Positions 43,243-59,065 of a stretch of DNA of 64,000 bases are shown here, one piece after another. The stretch's first letter is position 1. The number at the start of each line of letters is the position of its first letter. Source of the DNA: Octopus vulgaris (lineage: Eukaryota); assembly GCA_951406725.2 (NCBI GenBank), contig OX597829.1, positions 56,110,001 to 56,174,000 of the forward strand. The letters are read 5' to 3'. The notes beneath the pieces were generated by a model, which did no database searches, was not told where the DNA came from, and was given only the letters and a program-made list of their open reading frames with translations. A program made the position numbers and the translations under genes.

Positions 43243-43480
43243 TATGTTTTTATGTTTTTTATTTTTATATTTCTGAGTTATATCTCTTGGGCAGTTAACA
43301 TTAATTAAACACTAAAGTTTTTAAATTTGTTCTTTTTTTAAATCACTTTTATGTGTGTGTATGTGTGTGTACAAAAGTGATTGTAAAGAAAATTAATTTT
43401 AAAATGTTAGTGTTCAACTAATGCTAACTGCCCAAGAAATATAACTCAGAAATATAAAAATAAAAATGCATAAAAACATA
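43243..43480. repeat. Imperfect inverted repeat, ~105-bp arms around a short (TG)n spacer
   Basis: tttttatatttctgagttatatctcttgggcagtta pairs with taactgcccaagaaatataactcagaaatataaaaa. Confidence 0.8.
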
Positions 43481-45191
43481 TAGAACCAAGTGAGACAATA
43501 AACTAAAATGGCGTCGAAGTGATTCCTTTGTCCAAAGCAAAATGTCCTTAACATAACCTGTTGGGATATATATAATCTAAATGCAGAATATCACGGACTA
43601 TGTCGGCAAAGTCTTTCATTTCGGAACTTTTATTTAAACCACGCGAGTCTTGAAATAAGATGAAAGACTTTTCACTGCAGCAGCATTTACTCCCCAACTG
43701 CAAGCAAGAGGAGCCGTCCATTTATAATAAGTAAACCGTTTTGTACTATATTCCAATTGATTTTGAACGTAATGGAACATATTTTTCTTTAAAAAACAAG
43801 AATACTTGAATAAATATGTTATAATTGTTTTACCTGAATATTTGAAAGAATAGATATACTGAAAAAAATAACATTGTTGAAATTATTTTCGATGAAACTG
43901 CATTGCCATTGTCTAAATATACTTTAAGACACTAATCAAAGGATTCAAAAAGCAGAGGATAACTGTCTGGAGCAATACAGTTACAGATAAGGAAATAGAC
44001 CGAATTATTATTATCAGAAACTTTTATTGCAAAAGAGCTATAATTACCCATAATCGAATTTCTACTTAAGATCTTATATACAATTCTTCAGAAAAAGAAG
44101 AGAAATTAAGATTTTAAAATCTTTGAAGAAATTTCTTTTTACTTTTAAACTAAAATTCGGATTATACCTGAAAATATTTCCCGGTCTATTTTCACGCTTA
44201 AAAACATAAAAGTAGATAGCAAGTTGCATTTCATTTGAAAGACCCACTTTGTCGAAGAACCTTTTTATAATAATGAGAAACATTAATGAAGGTAACATCA
44301 TCAGAAGGTAAGAAAGATAGAGATTGTACTTCGTAGAACAGTCTATGACTGGCTAGAATTCTTATGTTCATAAATAAACTTTTCATCAGTATTTATATCA
44401 AAATTTAAAGTGATATTCAAGAAATTATGTTAATATGAGTAACGATTATTAAACTAAAATGTTTTTGACATCTTCCTAAATCTGTACGATTCATTACCGA
44501 TTGTATTGCGTCTCTATGAAGACCTTGCAAGGTAAGAAATCTTCTATACATAATGACCAAACTCCGATAATTTACATATAATTCTGTCGAATGTATAGAC
44601 ACAGCAAATAATTCTCTCCATTTTTATCCCCAAGGTGAGGTTATCAAAAGCAAAACCTATTTCCTTGCCTGCATAATTATCTCTATATCAAATTCACTTG
44701 GAATGAATCGTTGGAATCTTTTCATTTTTATATATTTGGATATTTCTCTTCAATAGATAGCTCTCCTTACAGCATTTAAAAAAAATTTATTTGTGTATAT
44801 GTTTATATGTATATATGTGTGTGTGTGAATGTGTGTGTATGTATCTATATATCTATATATATATAGGTTTGTGCGTGCGTGTTCGTATGTATTTCTTTAT
44901 ATCTTTTTTTACGTATTCCTATTTATACCAATTCTTCATTTTGTTTTTTTTCAACAAGCAATTCTACCACACACCTAGTAAGTAAACAAATAACGGTCAT
45001 ATTGAACAACAATAAAATTCCTTTGTCTGCTTAATTCTTGCCATCAAATACAAATCTCCCTACCATATGCGTATTACAGTTTCACAATTATCCGAAGATC
45101 GAATTTGGGAGTAGTGATTTGCGAAGTCTCAGTTTCTAAATATGTTTGTAAATCTATACATGTGTGTGTTTGTGTATTATATATATATTAT

Positions 45192-45255
<64 letters not shown>

Positions 45256-45295
45256 TTATATATATATTATAATAATATATATATATATTATAATA

Positions 45296-45334
<39 letters not shown>

Positions 45335-45975
45335 TATATATATATATATATACATATATATACATATATATACATCTAAATATTTATAAATAGATTATAC
45401 ATCTGTCTATACACGCACGCGCGCCGACTGTGCGTGTGCACGTGCGCGTGTAATGTGCGTTTGCATAGAGATTGTATAACAATTAACTTCGCACCAGCTT
45501 TCAACGATAATGGATTATTTCCAAAATTTCGGTTATTCTAAACAATAGCTCGTGTTCTTATTTTTGTGTTAAATACATAAGCTGTCTCTGTAATTACGAC
45601 AGTTTCTCTATAACCATACGAATAAATATTTAAAGATGTTTGAGTGAATATGATTCTATATAAAATATATAGCTTCCATTTAATCTTTCACTATTTCATT
45701 AATGCACACTATATTTATTATTTGCTTGCTATCAATTTGCATCATTGTTACCTTTATAAGTATTGCTTTTGGAAACCATATCGCAATAGTTTTTATACTA
45801 TTAAGAATCCCGAAGGAATTCTCTATATTAAATGCTCCAATCTCTAAATCGTTTTCTGTGCCAGCGTCGAATATGTTTTTTCTACATGATATCATAAACT
45901 ATGATTTATTCATGATTAAACTTTTATAGAGTTTGCCAAAAGCTCCCAAATGAATTGTTTCGTTCTATTCATTAG

Positions 45976-46228
45976 GTATTGAATTATTGCCCAAAAGATA
46001 TGAAAGCCGACATCTGTGTTCATTTGAATCGGAAAGTCTTTTGCGAACATCCGGCTTTCCGATTGGCAAGCGACGGCTGTCTGCGAGCTCTAGCCATGCA
46101 TTTCACGATGACTCATAGTGCACCGGGTGATCTCATCTATCATCAAGGAGAAAGTTTAGACTCATTATGTTTTGTGGTCACTGGATCTCTTGAAGTTATT
46201 CAAGACGACGAAGTGATTGCAATCCTTG
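45976..46228 (+). CDS. eag: Eag K+ channel internal exon (C-linker and N-half of cyclic-nucleotide-binding homology domain)
   Basis: attag|GTATTG acceptor and CTTG|gtaagt donor. Translates [84 protein letters not shown](G). It continues in frame from the previous exon (GIDANK|VLNYCP). 253 nt. Confidence 0.97.
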
Positions 46229-47263
46229 GTAAGTAAAATAACTATGAGCTGTAATATAAAGCTTCTTTCTTTTTTTTTTAATAGTAATAACATTTTACTG
46301 TGCTTAGGAATATGAAAATGGTAGTATGATACAAGGTGGTGGGATTCTAGAAATGGCATAATACCAGAATAAATGCTTTGTAACTTCTTCTTATCGGGTT
46401 GAAAAATACTTATTAAATGATCTTTTCAATATTGGGGTTTAACAAAATGAAGAGCGTTTTGATATTGATAAAGCTGTTCTCGGCATACATAAACCACAGA
46501 GGAAACCTTTTCTCCCAGCTGAATCATTGTCCAACATATCTCTGTGAATCTTGTATGTATTTCCTTTGATATTCCCTCACATTGATCTGTGGATTTTGCT
46601 TCCTGAAAGTTCTCTTTGGTCGTTACTATTTTACATTCTGGTAGTAAATTGCAAGTTGTTACAGCATCGGACGAATGCCTTGTGATATCTATTCCAACCT
46701 CTTTAGAACTCAGCTAAAATCCCAAGGGGTTAATTTTCCCATTCATTCTTCTGAGGAAAGTTCCAATCTAGGATGATTGGCTTGCAGAATCATTACATCG
46801 TCGATCACCATACCTTGCAGTATTCGCTCCCACTTTTTACATTCTGAAGTGAAATCCAGCCGTGACAATCACGTATAGTTGGTAATTTTTTTCCATCGCC
46901 TGGTTTAACAATAGTACTTGTTCGTGGGTGTCTGAAATGGAAACCATACTGTTGCAAGTATATGGGGCTAGGTGTCTGATTATAGGATAACTTCCTACCT
47001 TCTTCCAAGCAGTCTCTGAGGTTCTATAAAGGGCTATGAGCCCTACACCTGACTGCCGATACAAAAGGATGGTCATGGCTAGAATACTTTTGAGTTTAAA
47101 TCTACTTGGTCGGCGTCAACGTGTTAAAAGAATCAGCAAAAAACAAAAGCATGAGTTTTATTCATGCGGAAGTCAAGTTCCTCATCAAATACAAACCGAA
47201 GCACTAGCGATGTAATCTCTTTCACATCTTCTGACTCTCTCTCCTCCTCCCTCCCTCCCTCCC

Positions 47264-47305
<42 letters not shown>

Positions 47306-47459
47306 GTCCTCTTTCTCCTCGCTCTCCTCTCTTGTCTCTTACTGCAAAAGTGCGTAACAGGAATTAAGAAATCAGAGTGATTGGCTACTTAACAGGAAAT
47401 AACAATAAAACTGAGACTCAATGACTCAGAAAGATGATGCCCTGCTTATTAAGTGATTA

Positions 47460-47518
<59 letters not shown>

Positions 47519-47573
47519 ACATATATCATGGTTGGATGGATCTGTATATATTAATTGATAGACAGACAGACAG

Positions 47574-47621
<48 letters not shown>

Positions 47622-48035
47622 CTACGTATGTATATATAGAGAGAGGGAGCGGTGTATACACTTATCAGTTATTTTGCATATAATTTTTTTTCATTATTTC
47701 TTCATATTAAAAAACAATTTCAATAAGTATTTTTTATGGCACCTGTTTTCGACTAATCGTTTTTATTGTTTCTTTAGTTCAAGAAGTGCTGAACCCAATT
47801 TAAATTTCTATCTACATATCTCGAGCATTTAGAAAGACATTTTATTGTCGAGTAAACACAGGATCTTCCACGTGGTCGTTGGATGTGTTAGAAATAGCAA
47901 GAAAATGTCGTCCGACAAAGAACATTGTACAATGTTTAGAAAAGGATACATAGGTGAAAGTATTCGAGAGTATATAATGCCTGAGAGAAGATCTGAGATG
48001 TCACGGCTGGAAAGTCGTTAATAATAGGTTTAGTC

Positions 48036-48690
48036 CAGTGGTTTTCAACCTGGGTCCATATGGCCCTTCTGGGTCCTCAGAAGAGTTTGTTGTTAAAATT
48101 TATCTCCAATTAATCGGTTAAACTTCCACAAAATTTTTCAGCAATTTTTTAAATACAGTAATTAATAATAATTAAACATAAAATATTCCTTTATTCTTTT
48201 TTTATTTATTCTTTTTTGCTTGTTTGTTTCAGTCATTTGACTGTGGCCATGCTGGATCAGCGCCTTTAGTCGAACAAATCGACCCCAGGTCTTATTCTTT
48301 GTAAGCCTAGGACTTATTCTATCGGTTTCTCTTACCGAACAGCTAAGTTACGGGGACGTAAACACACTAACATCAGTTGTCAAGGGATGGTGGGGAGACA
48401 AATACAGACACAGAAACATATATATATATCATACATATGACGGGCTTCTTTCAGTTTCCCCTCTACCAAATCCACTCACAAGGCCTTTGTCGGCCCAAGG
48501 CTATTGTAGAAGACACTTGCCCAAGGTGCCACATAGTGGGACTGAACCCAGAACCATGTGGTTGGGAAGCAAGCTACTTAACACACTCCTGTGTAATAGG
48601 ATTTTTTAAATGCTGAATGGCTACGGGAGCCCCCATGAATAAAATAGGAACCAAATGGATGCATAGGAAACAAGTAGATGAGCGCCACTG
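48036..48690. mobile_element. Probable hAT-type MITE interrupted by a family-A SINE (48220-48592, minus)
   Basis: Starts cagtggttttcaacc and ends gatgagcgccactg; the SINE is nested inside. Confidence 0.5.
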
Positions 48691-48736
48691 AATTAGTCGA
48701 TCGGTAATGAGCCTAAACAGCAACAGCGTTTTACTC

Positions 48737-49316
<580 letters not shown>

Positions 49317-49542
49317 CGTTTTACTCACGAACGAATTTTTGGCGTTGACTAAGAAAATCAAATTAATGTATATCCACAACCAATATCTGTCAATATGGAC
49401 GATGTAATTACTTAATTATTATCCGCTTACATACAACTGCTCTTGCGTTCGGTCATACACACTCGCATATACACAAACAGACGCATACACTGACGTGCAT
49501 ACATATCACATAGTAAAATGAAATATAACGGATTGTAATATA

Positions 49543-50531
49543 CTTCTTTAACTTGTTCCAGTCATTTGACTGCTGCCATGCTGGAGCGCCGCCTTTAGTC
49601 GAGCAAATCGACCCCGAGACTTATTCTTTGTAAGCCCAGTACTTATTCTATCGGTCTCTTTTTGCCGAACCGCTAAGTGACGGGGACGTAAACACACCAG
49701 CATCGGTTGTCAAGCAATGCTAGGGGAACAAATACAGACACACAAGCACACACACATACATATATATATACATATATACGACAGGCTTCTTTCAGTTTCT
49801 GTCTACCAAATCCACTCACAAGGCATTGGTCGGCCCGGGGCTATAGCAGAAGACACTTGCCCAAGATGCCACGCAGTGAGCCTGAACCCGAAACCATGTG
49901 GTTGGTTAGCAAGCTACTTACCACACAGCTACTCCTGATACAAATTATATTTGGCTACTAGTAGTAACCCCAACATGCTAAAGATGGCAGTCAAAACGAC
50001 TTAAAACCACAGTTTTCACTTGTGCACAAGGGCTAAATCAAGTGGACGAGCAGTAAAATTTTAAGACCCTGTACCATAGACGAAAGAAATCGACAATGAA
50101 AATCAGACATACCCATAGCACAGTGATTTCGAACTTTGTGAATGATCACTTTGTTCTCGTCAGTGAGTAATACTGGATCAGGGTCAAAAACATGCCCGCT
50201 TCAACCATCTTTAGCATGATGCTGTTACAAATAGTACCCTTCATTATAAATTGATAATTTTCTCTTTGTGGTTCTGTTACGCACGCTAGTCACTCAAATT
50301 ATTGTAAATTATTAACTCTCTTTTCTTTACTCTTTTACTTGTTTCAGTCATTTGACTGTGGCCATGCTGGAGCACCGCCTTTAATCGAGCAACTCGACCC
50401 CGGGACTTATTCTTTTGTAAGCCCAGTACTTATTCTATCGGTCTCTTTTGCCGAACCGCTAAGTAACGGGGACATAAACACACCAGCATCGGTTGTCAAG
50501 GGGGACAAACACAGACACACAAACACACACA

Positions 50532-50585
<54 letters not shown>

Positions 50586-50747
50586 TACGACGGGCTTCTT
50601 TCAGTTTCCGTCTACCAAATCCACTCACAAGGCGTTGGTCGGCCCGAGGCTATACTAGAAGACACTTGCCCAAGGTGCCACGCGGTGGGACTGAACCCGG
50701 AACCATGTGGTTGGTAAACAAGCTACTTACCACACAGCCACTCCTGT
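49543..50747 (-). mobile_element. Two family-A SINEs (49543-49937, 50320-50747) flanking a small TIR element (about 49956-50236)
   Basis: Reverse complement of family A. Internal TIR catgctaaagatgg/ccatctttagcatg. Confidence 0.8.
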
Positions 50748-51557
50748 ACCTATTACTAATAGTAATATTCTTATATATTTATATTACATTTGAATATATA
50801 TTGCAACGACTTTTGAATTACTTATTTACAAAAATATGTTTGGCTCACGATGGTTTACGAAAACTGTATATTGTCAACGTATTTGCTGTCAAATTTTGAT
50901 ATATTATTAGCAATGAAGATGAAATATAGCGCTCCAGGTTTTCATTGATTTCAATGAAATGACAGAGCGGAAGTGTTGCGATAAAACAACTTCCTTTTTA
51001 GTTCCCTTTATTACTGACATACGGTCCTGAGACACATAAGTACCACGATTTATTTTTAAGTCAACGGAGAACGTTCGATTTGCTAGAGAGGCTCGACGCA
51101 AACAGAACTCGAAGCATAACATTTTCTAATATTTATATAATACCTCTTTCCTGTTAAGGATGAATGACTGGCAAATGTAGTGAAATAAGTGAAAACAAAG
51201 GTTCTCCAAGGAAGCATTTCCACCACTTCGTAAAAATATTAGTGAAAATACATTTTGCTTTCTCTTTTATTAATGGATAGAGGAAATAGAATTTGTATCC
51301 ATATTAATTATTCTTTTTTGCCGTTGTGCTGGATAACTTTAGAAAGTTTAAACCAAATTTATTTGATTAGTCGTTTTGCTATGTAAGCGAAACTGCAGTC
51401 GTCTATTAAGTGATAAATAAGTGTAAGGTTTTCTTCGCAGGGTGGGGATTGTCTAACATTCTATCATTTATAGTAAAATCTTAGCTGATTCATTATTATT
51501 ATTATTATTATTATTTATTATTATTATCATCATTATCATCATCATCATAATAATCAA

Positions 51558-51680
<123 letters not shown>

Positions 51681-53134
51681 TTACTATTATTATTATTAAG
51701 TCTTGTAAACAAGCTTTAGCAAAACCACTTCAGATACCTTTCCAGAGTTTCCTTGCAAGTGGTAAACTTCCTTAAAACCTAAAAGAAGGCATTATATATC
51801 ATATCCATAAAGGGGGGAACACGCTGTCTTTCTATAAGGGTTCCTTTTCAGTTCCATATTTTCTTCTCATTTCACGTCTTTGATAATATGGTAGACCACA
51901 TTCTTAACTAATACTCAATTTAGAATTATTTTCTTATACTTTGTTAAATATTTCCAAGGTTAAATAACAGAATATCAAGAAAGTCGATTAACTTCAAAAC
52001 GGTTCGATTGAATCTACGATATATTTTTTATATAAATGGGGAAAAAATTGTTTAAAAAATCGGAAAGTAAGAGGAACTTGGAAGGCGTGGTGGATTTATA
52101 TGCAGATCCATGTTTAAAGAAAGAACGTGGTTAGGCTAGTGTTTCTCGACCATTTTTCACCATGAATCCCTTTGTTTGATATTTTATTCAGATAGACCTC
52201 CCTAGTTATTCGATTTCCAAAAAATCATTTCATATTTTCATAATTAGATATTATTAGGAATTGTGTTTAAAAACTATTAAAGTATTTTGTGTATTGTGGA
52301 AGTACAACCAGTTTATAGCAGATAAATTTTAACAATTGAATCTTTTATAGACCCCCGAGGCTCATACTGATTTGAACTATAATAAGAGACATAAAGAAAG
52401 TGTTTGAGCTCTGTAAAGAGAAACGAAGTCAAAGAAAAAGATTTTTAAAAATACGAAACGCAGGTAAATGTCCGGAGAGGTTTGACTGTAAAAACAAAAG
52501 CTGGTAAAAGACGCAGAGCGGAGAGGGGATAACTGTGATATGAATTTGATAAAGTCCGCAGAAAAGAAATTGTTGTTTTGAATGGATTAAAGCTGGAACT
52601 AACTGACGAAGCGTAAAGAAAAAAGATATTTTTGGGGAAGTACATGGTGTAAAACAATATAACGGAGTAGGCAGATTATATCTCGTTTTCAAAGCATTTC
52701 TTTTATCCAATATAACCTAATATTCTAATATTCATGTTCAATCCATACCCAACAAAGGTCGAATTTAAAAAAAAACAAATATAAAGCCCTAAAAATACGT
52801 CGAGTTATTTGAAAGAAAATTGGAAAGTAAAGGAAGATAAGCGGTAGGGGAAGTTGTATGTGTTTGTTAAAGACACAATGTGGTGGGTAAATAGTGATAT
52901 AAATGTGAGTATACATGTGTAAGGAATACATACGTGTGGGTATGTGTGTATCCGCAAGACCGTTTGTATAGGTATGTATGTGTTAACATGCCGACGTGCA
53001 AGGGAGCGTAGGTGTACCGAAGAGACAAGATGGAAGAAGTGAGGCATTCAGAAACTAAGATGAGATCCATAGAATATGATGGTCAAGAAAGAGTCGAAAA
53101 CTGCTAAGTTATCTCTGAAACATCAATGAGCCAG

Positions 53135-53510
53135 AAGTGGCTGTGTGGTAAGTAGCTTGTTTACCAACCACATGGTTCCGGGTTCAGTGCCACTATGTGG
53201 CACCCTGGGAAAGTGTCTTCTACTATAGCCTCGGGCCGACCAAAGCCTTGTGAGTGGATTTGGTAGACAGAAACTGAAAGAAGCCCGTCGTATATGTGTG
53301 TGTATGTCTGTGTCTGTGTTTGTCCACCCAACATCGCTTGACAACCGATGCTGGCGCGTTTACGTCCCCGTAACTTAGCGGTTCGGCAAAAAGAGACCGA
53401 TAGAATAAGTACTAGGCTTACAAAGAATAAGACCTGGGGTTGATTTGCCCGACTAAGGGCGGTGCTCCAGCATGGCCATAGTCAAATGACTGAAACAAGT
53501 AAAAGAGAGT
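53135..53510 (+). mobile_element. Full-length family-A SINE
   Basis: A-box gtggctgtgtggt, B-box-like gggttcagt, CORE-like accctgggaaagt and tail atgactgaaacaagtaaaag. Confidence 0.85.
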
Positions 53511-55811
53511 AAAAGAGAGAGCCGCGAATCTCGGCAATGTGTATGTATAAATAAGATGCGTAAGTGTATGGGAAAGGGTGATGGGAGAGAAGTGCGTACA
53601 TATGAGGATGTTGTGTTGGTATGTTAAGGGCGTGTGCGTAGGTGTGAGGGTAAGTTGCAATGTGGATAATGAGAGAAGATTGTATAAAGGTGAAGTAGGA
53701 GTAAGAGATGTATATTGATGAAGCAGTTGGAGTGAACATGTAATTGAGATGGTGAATTTAGACCGTTTCGAACGTGTAAGTCTGAAGAGAGAAAATGAGT
53801 TCTTGTTTCCTCGGTAGGCGAGTGAAGAGAGGTACGATGTTGAAAGCTAAGAGGTGTTTGGTGGCAGGTCGACGGAACTGAAATGTTGAAAGACACGCGG
53901 CCCGCTACCACATCGGATGCCTCTGAGATATTGTTGGGTTCAGTGAGTGCGGCAGTATTAGAAAGGAAAGAGCCGTTGTGGCAGCGGAAGCGGGAATTGG
54001 GAAGGGATCCGGGAGGAAACAGTATGAGAATAGAGATATTATGAGTGATGAGGCAGTGTAGGTGGCGGGCACGTTTAAAAGATGAGTTATACTGCTTCAT
54101 AAGACTTTTCTACATACATTTACTTATTACAAATTCCCCCTTTGGTCTACGGTAACTTGAGAATGTTTTTACATGCTCTTGGAGATTAATCTTTCAACAT
54201 TGTATCAGCTTCGACGAACGAATAATGGCTAGAGAGAATAAACAGAGTAAACTTGGTTTCACGCGAACTCCTACATCGTGGAATATAAACAGGGCATGTT
54301 TACGTTTGCTGGCCTTCAAAGGAGAATCCCTCTTCACAAATCGCCAACCTCCAAAGTTAGAAAATCACCAGTCTTTTTTATTATTGATTTGATTACATAA
54401 ATCTGTATTCGAACGGCAATAGGCAGTTAGGACTGGTCACAAAACTAAATAGACATAGGAATAGTCAAGATAAGTTCATATTTGATTGTCAAACGAGTAA
54501 AGATTATCGACTAGATGAAGTATTAGATACTAATAGCATTAACAGGGATATTAGACTGGACACTTGAAAAGATCTGCAACTTGGATCTCAAGACTAGAAC
54601 GATACTAAAGACGACTGGTAACTTTCATTTCACGGCAATATATATTAAATGGATGGGGTGGATGAATAGATGGATGTGAGTAGAGCCAGAAAACCAGTTG
54701 AAACAGCCTTTGAATGCCGCGTCACTTAGACAACAATAACATCTGAATGCTAAAGTGAGAAATTAATACATCCCATGTACACGCTTCAGTGAAATTAATA
54801 TGAAGAGATTAAGTGAATAACTCGTAATCAAGTATTCTGAGGGCACAACAGTTCCATGTGAACCAATGGTGGCTGGATTAATCTACGTAAACGGAGACTT
54901 TGAAGAAATATTCGTCATACCAGCAGGAAGTTACGAGTAGATATTTTTCCCAAAAGCTTAAGAATACCAACGATATTAACAGACCGAGCTTCTCTTGCGC
55001 TTTGCAGGCTCTCCAATTACTATTCTGAAACAGAGTATAGCCACTAAATATCTCATCAACAAAAAATATAATGTTTTTAAAACTCCATGATGCGATAGAA
55101 AGTGACGATTGTGTCGTACGAATGCGGAAGAAATGATACATAAATATCCGCAACTTTCTCATGAGACGTGATATTGATACTATACCCGTCTGCAACGCTA
55201 TACGTGAGAAGGATTGTTCTAGTAGACATACCAAAACAGGCACACCAAATCCAGAATGTATACACATTTTTAAAGTAAAGAACTGGTAGGACAAGCAACT
55301 CGTTGCATGCACAATAGAACAAATGTTGTTCTGTGGAACAGAGAAGAAAAGTTGTGCGGATCCCATGAAAAACTGATGAAAACGAAAACTAATAAAACGA
55401 GTGCGGACAACTAATAAGAAACGTACAGCTCTTATATCGAGGCTGTGGATTATCGTTTGTATCTATTGTTTATGTATGTGGCTAGGCATTCTTGTTCTCT
55501 TGTTTTCAGCCTGTTTTACTCCGGACAGCTCAAAAGATTCGTGGGTACGTGTATGTGAGTGTACGTGTATGTGAGTGGGATTATCTTATTTAGGTACTCT
55601 AGACCACAACAACAACAGATTTGTATAAAAGCCTAGAAAAACTAGGTTTCACCAAAAGGAACAAAGAAAACTGTTTCGCATTCTCCAAACACAGTCAACC
55701 AAAGATACATTGAAAATTTGTGAAACATTAAATGGATTTTCTTTTCTGAGATTCTTTGGGACGAATACTGCATATTTACATATACAAGGAATTCATACAC
55801 ACACACACACA

Positions 55812-55871
<60 letters not shown>

Positions 55872-56575
55872 CACATGTGTACTAAAAGTACATGCAAACC
55901 TACTGCAAGATAATCTCACTCACATACATGTACACGCACACATATACATACTTACAATCATACATATATACATATACATACATACATACATACATACATG
56001 CTTGCATATATACATACATACATACATACATACATACATGCTTGCATATATACATACATACATACATACATACATGCTTGCATATATACATACATACATA
56101 CACACAATCATACACACATGCACATGCATTCACAAATACATATATACATACAGACACACAGACACACATACGAACATGCATAAATACATAGGCAAATAGC
56201 AGACATTAAAACTCACAGCATACACAGAGACAGCTCAGAAGGACAGGTAGACAGATAAACAGGGAAGCAAGTAAACTTATGAATATGGTTGGGTCTTGTA
56301 TGCCAAATGCTGGGGCTTAGTCAAGCAATTAGCAGACAGAAACTCTCCGTGGGTGCGTTTAAAATCCGAATAGTAACTCCAAAGATAATTTCAAATTTTG
56401 GGGACACTACAAACCTTATTATATAAGTATTTAGTATGCAGAACACTCCCTTAGAGAATTTACCTAAAACCAACAGACAGACAGACAGACAGATAAAAAA
56501 AAGAGAGAGAAGGGGAGGAGAGAGATAGAAATAAACAGATGGTCATAAAGAGAGAGAGAGAGAGAGAGAAGAGTA

Positions 56576-56669
<94 letters not shown>

Positions 56670-58938
56670 TGAGAATGTTTCCAGCCGTTTAGAATGAACA
56701 TATAGATTCAGGTTTATCATATTGATTTGTTCGTTCGATTTTCCTTTAGAGTAATTCACAACTAACCAACAAGTTGATAATATAAAGCAATTAGCCCATC
56801 ACGCTTCCTTTGGTGTGGTCGCTTTGACTGGCAAAACCAATATAATGAATGATTCCATTTCCTCTTCTTTGGACTCGTAATTTTAGTATGCTTAATATAT
56901 TAGATCGATGTAAACTCTGTGTAATGTCTGAAGTACATGCAGATTTCCAATAGCAGTTAGCGTATTTCCATATAAATAAACAGACGAGCATACGTATTTA
57001 AATAATGTCATCTGAAAGGCGAAACAACACGTCACAAATCTCTTACTGTCTTTTATTCCGTTTTTCACGATTTTCTACTTTTGTGTTTAATTTTATTACA
57101 AAGAGCGTTAATGAGACACTGAAACACCGCTTTCGACGCATTACTTCATTTTGTTTATTGCCCCCACAGTGTAGAGTTCAAATTTCGATGAAGTCAACAT
57201 TGCTTTTAATCCAAGCGGTGTCAATAAAATTCGTACCTGTATTATGCTAGAATAATTACACCATTTCCATAAAAGAAAGGGCGACAGCCTACTTTGCAGT
57301 TTATTAACCAAAAGATCTAAGATTCGTATTCTGTCGATAGTGCAGTGGGATGATACTCTTCCTCGCTACACTTAGTTGAAGCACTTAATATCTAATAAAG
57401 GTTTCATTAAGTTAACAGTACTCAGATAAGCTGAGCTCGAATTCTCTCATGGAAAAAAAAACAGCCTTTAACCTATTGATGCTTCCATTCAGGAAGAATG
57501 ATGTTTCTCTGTGAATTAACATTTCTGACAACTCTGATAATCTCCAGCTTATCTCGCCAATATCACATTTTACATGACACAAATCTACCGAGTGACCCAA
57601 ATGACTTGCTTCCACAATTTGACGAGATATTCTAACTTTGTGTTTAGTTGGCTCACTTCACTTACAATTTACAATACAATATCTGTTCGGTCGGTACTAA
57701 GAAAATTACCCTGCTTAGTAAAATTACATGACATCATAATTGTATTATACCATTCCCAAAAATTGGTTCGAAGTCATTTTTTTATAAAAGGCAAAATAGT
57801 TTTAATATGTGAAGCACTCGGGCAGATTCTATAAACCCTAGAATTTCAAAACTATGTAAGTAGTTAACAAATAAACTTACATCGGTGTGATTAAATCCAA
57901 AGGATATAAACACCAATGTACTTATAGCCAAAACAGTTGTTGTTGTTGTTGTTGTTGTTGTTTAAGGATTTCTTTCTTTAAGACAGTTGCTAATTTGTGG
58001 TTAGAGGGAGATGTGGTTGTTATTTCTAGCAGAGAGAGCCATCAAGTACCAGCTCCCTCATCGGTTCAACAAAATAGTTCTTTGTATGTGCAGTATTAAG
58101 GTTTGATCAATGTGTCATTAAGCAGCGTCTCTCAGATTGACAAATACTACCCCTCTTCCTCCGCCAAAATATTAGTCTTGTTTTACTGACACCATCTCCG
58201 CTTTTTAGTAATGAGAAGACAAAACAGAGTTTGTATCCATATAATTTGTTTTTAGGCCAAGCTGTTGGATGAATTTTAAATGTTTTAAGCAATATTTTAA
58301 TTTTATTAAATGGCAAATTATACGTCCCATTGTCAATCCCCATTTCTCAAACCTATGAGAAGCACTGACCAAGAGCATATTGGGCATATGTTTCTTTATT
58401 CTTCACTGTAAGCTATGATGTTTATTCTGTATCTCTGTGGTGAGGCGAGTGTAAATGTTTGTATGTGTATGTGCGTATATTTCAGATATATTCTACCTAA
58501 AAGGATCGGTTCTTAGAAGCAAAATTAGTCTCTTGATACTCAGACAGAAATTATAGTCAAACAATGCAACAGTCACTGAATTACTGTGAAAACAAAACCT
58601 TCCCGCAGATCGGTGCGAATATAATTATTTTGTAACTTTCATTTTGATTTTCTTTCTTATTTTGCTGTGTATTTTTGACAAATTGGACGAAAACAGAAAA
58701 TCAGTTTTAATATAAGAGATTTCATTTAAGGAAGGAAACCGGTAGAATCGTTAGCACGTCGGGCAAAATGCTTAGATAATAAGATAATAAGAACCCCAGG
58801 AGCACAGGAGTCGAAATTGCTGGCCTTGTGCCAAAATTTGAAACCATTATTAAAGAATATGTTCCTTCGAAATCCTAGCTACACCAGTGATAAGAATAAA
58901 CTGAATATGATCTGAGTTTTTCAAAATTTAATGGGATT

Positions 58939-58980
<42 letters not shown>

Positions 58981-58986
58981 TGTGTA

Positions 58987-59065
<79 letters not shown>

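Noticed and set aside
53520-55420. Possible ancient LINE remnants (also 23400-25300 and 43540-44780)
   Set aside because: Too decayed to assign motifs or boundaries by eye.
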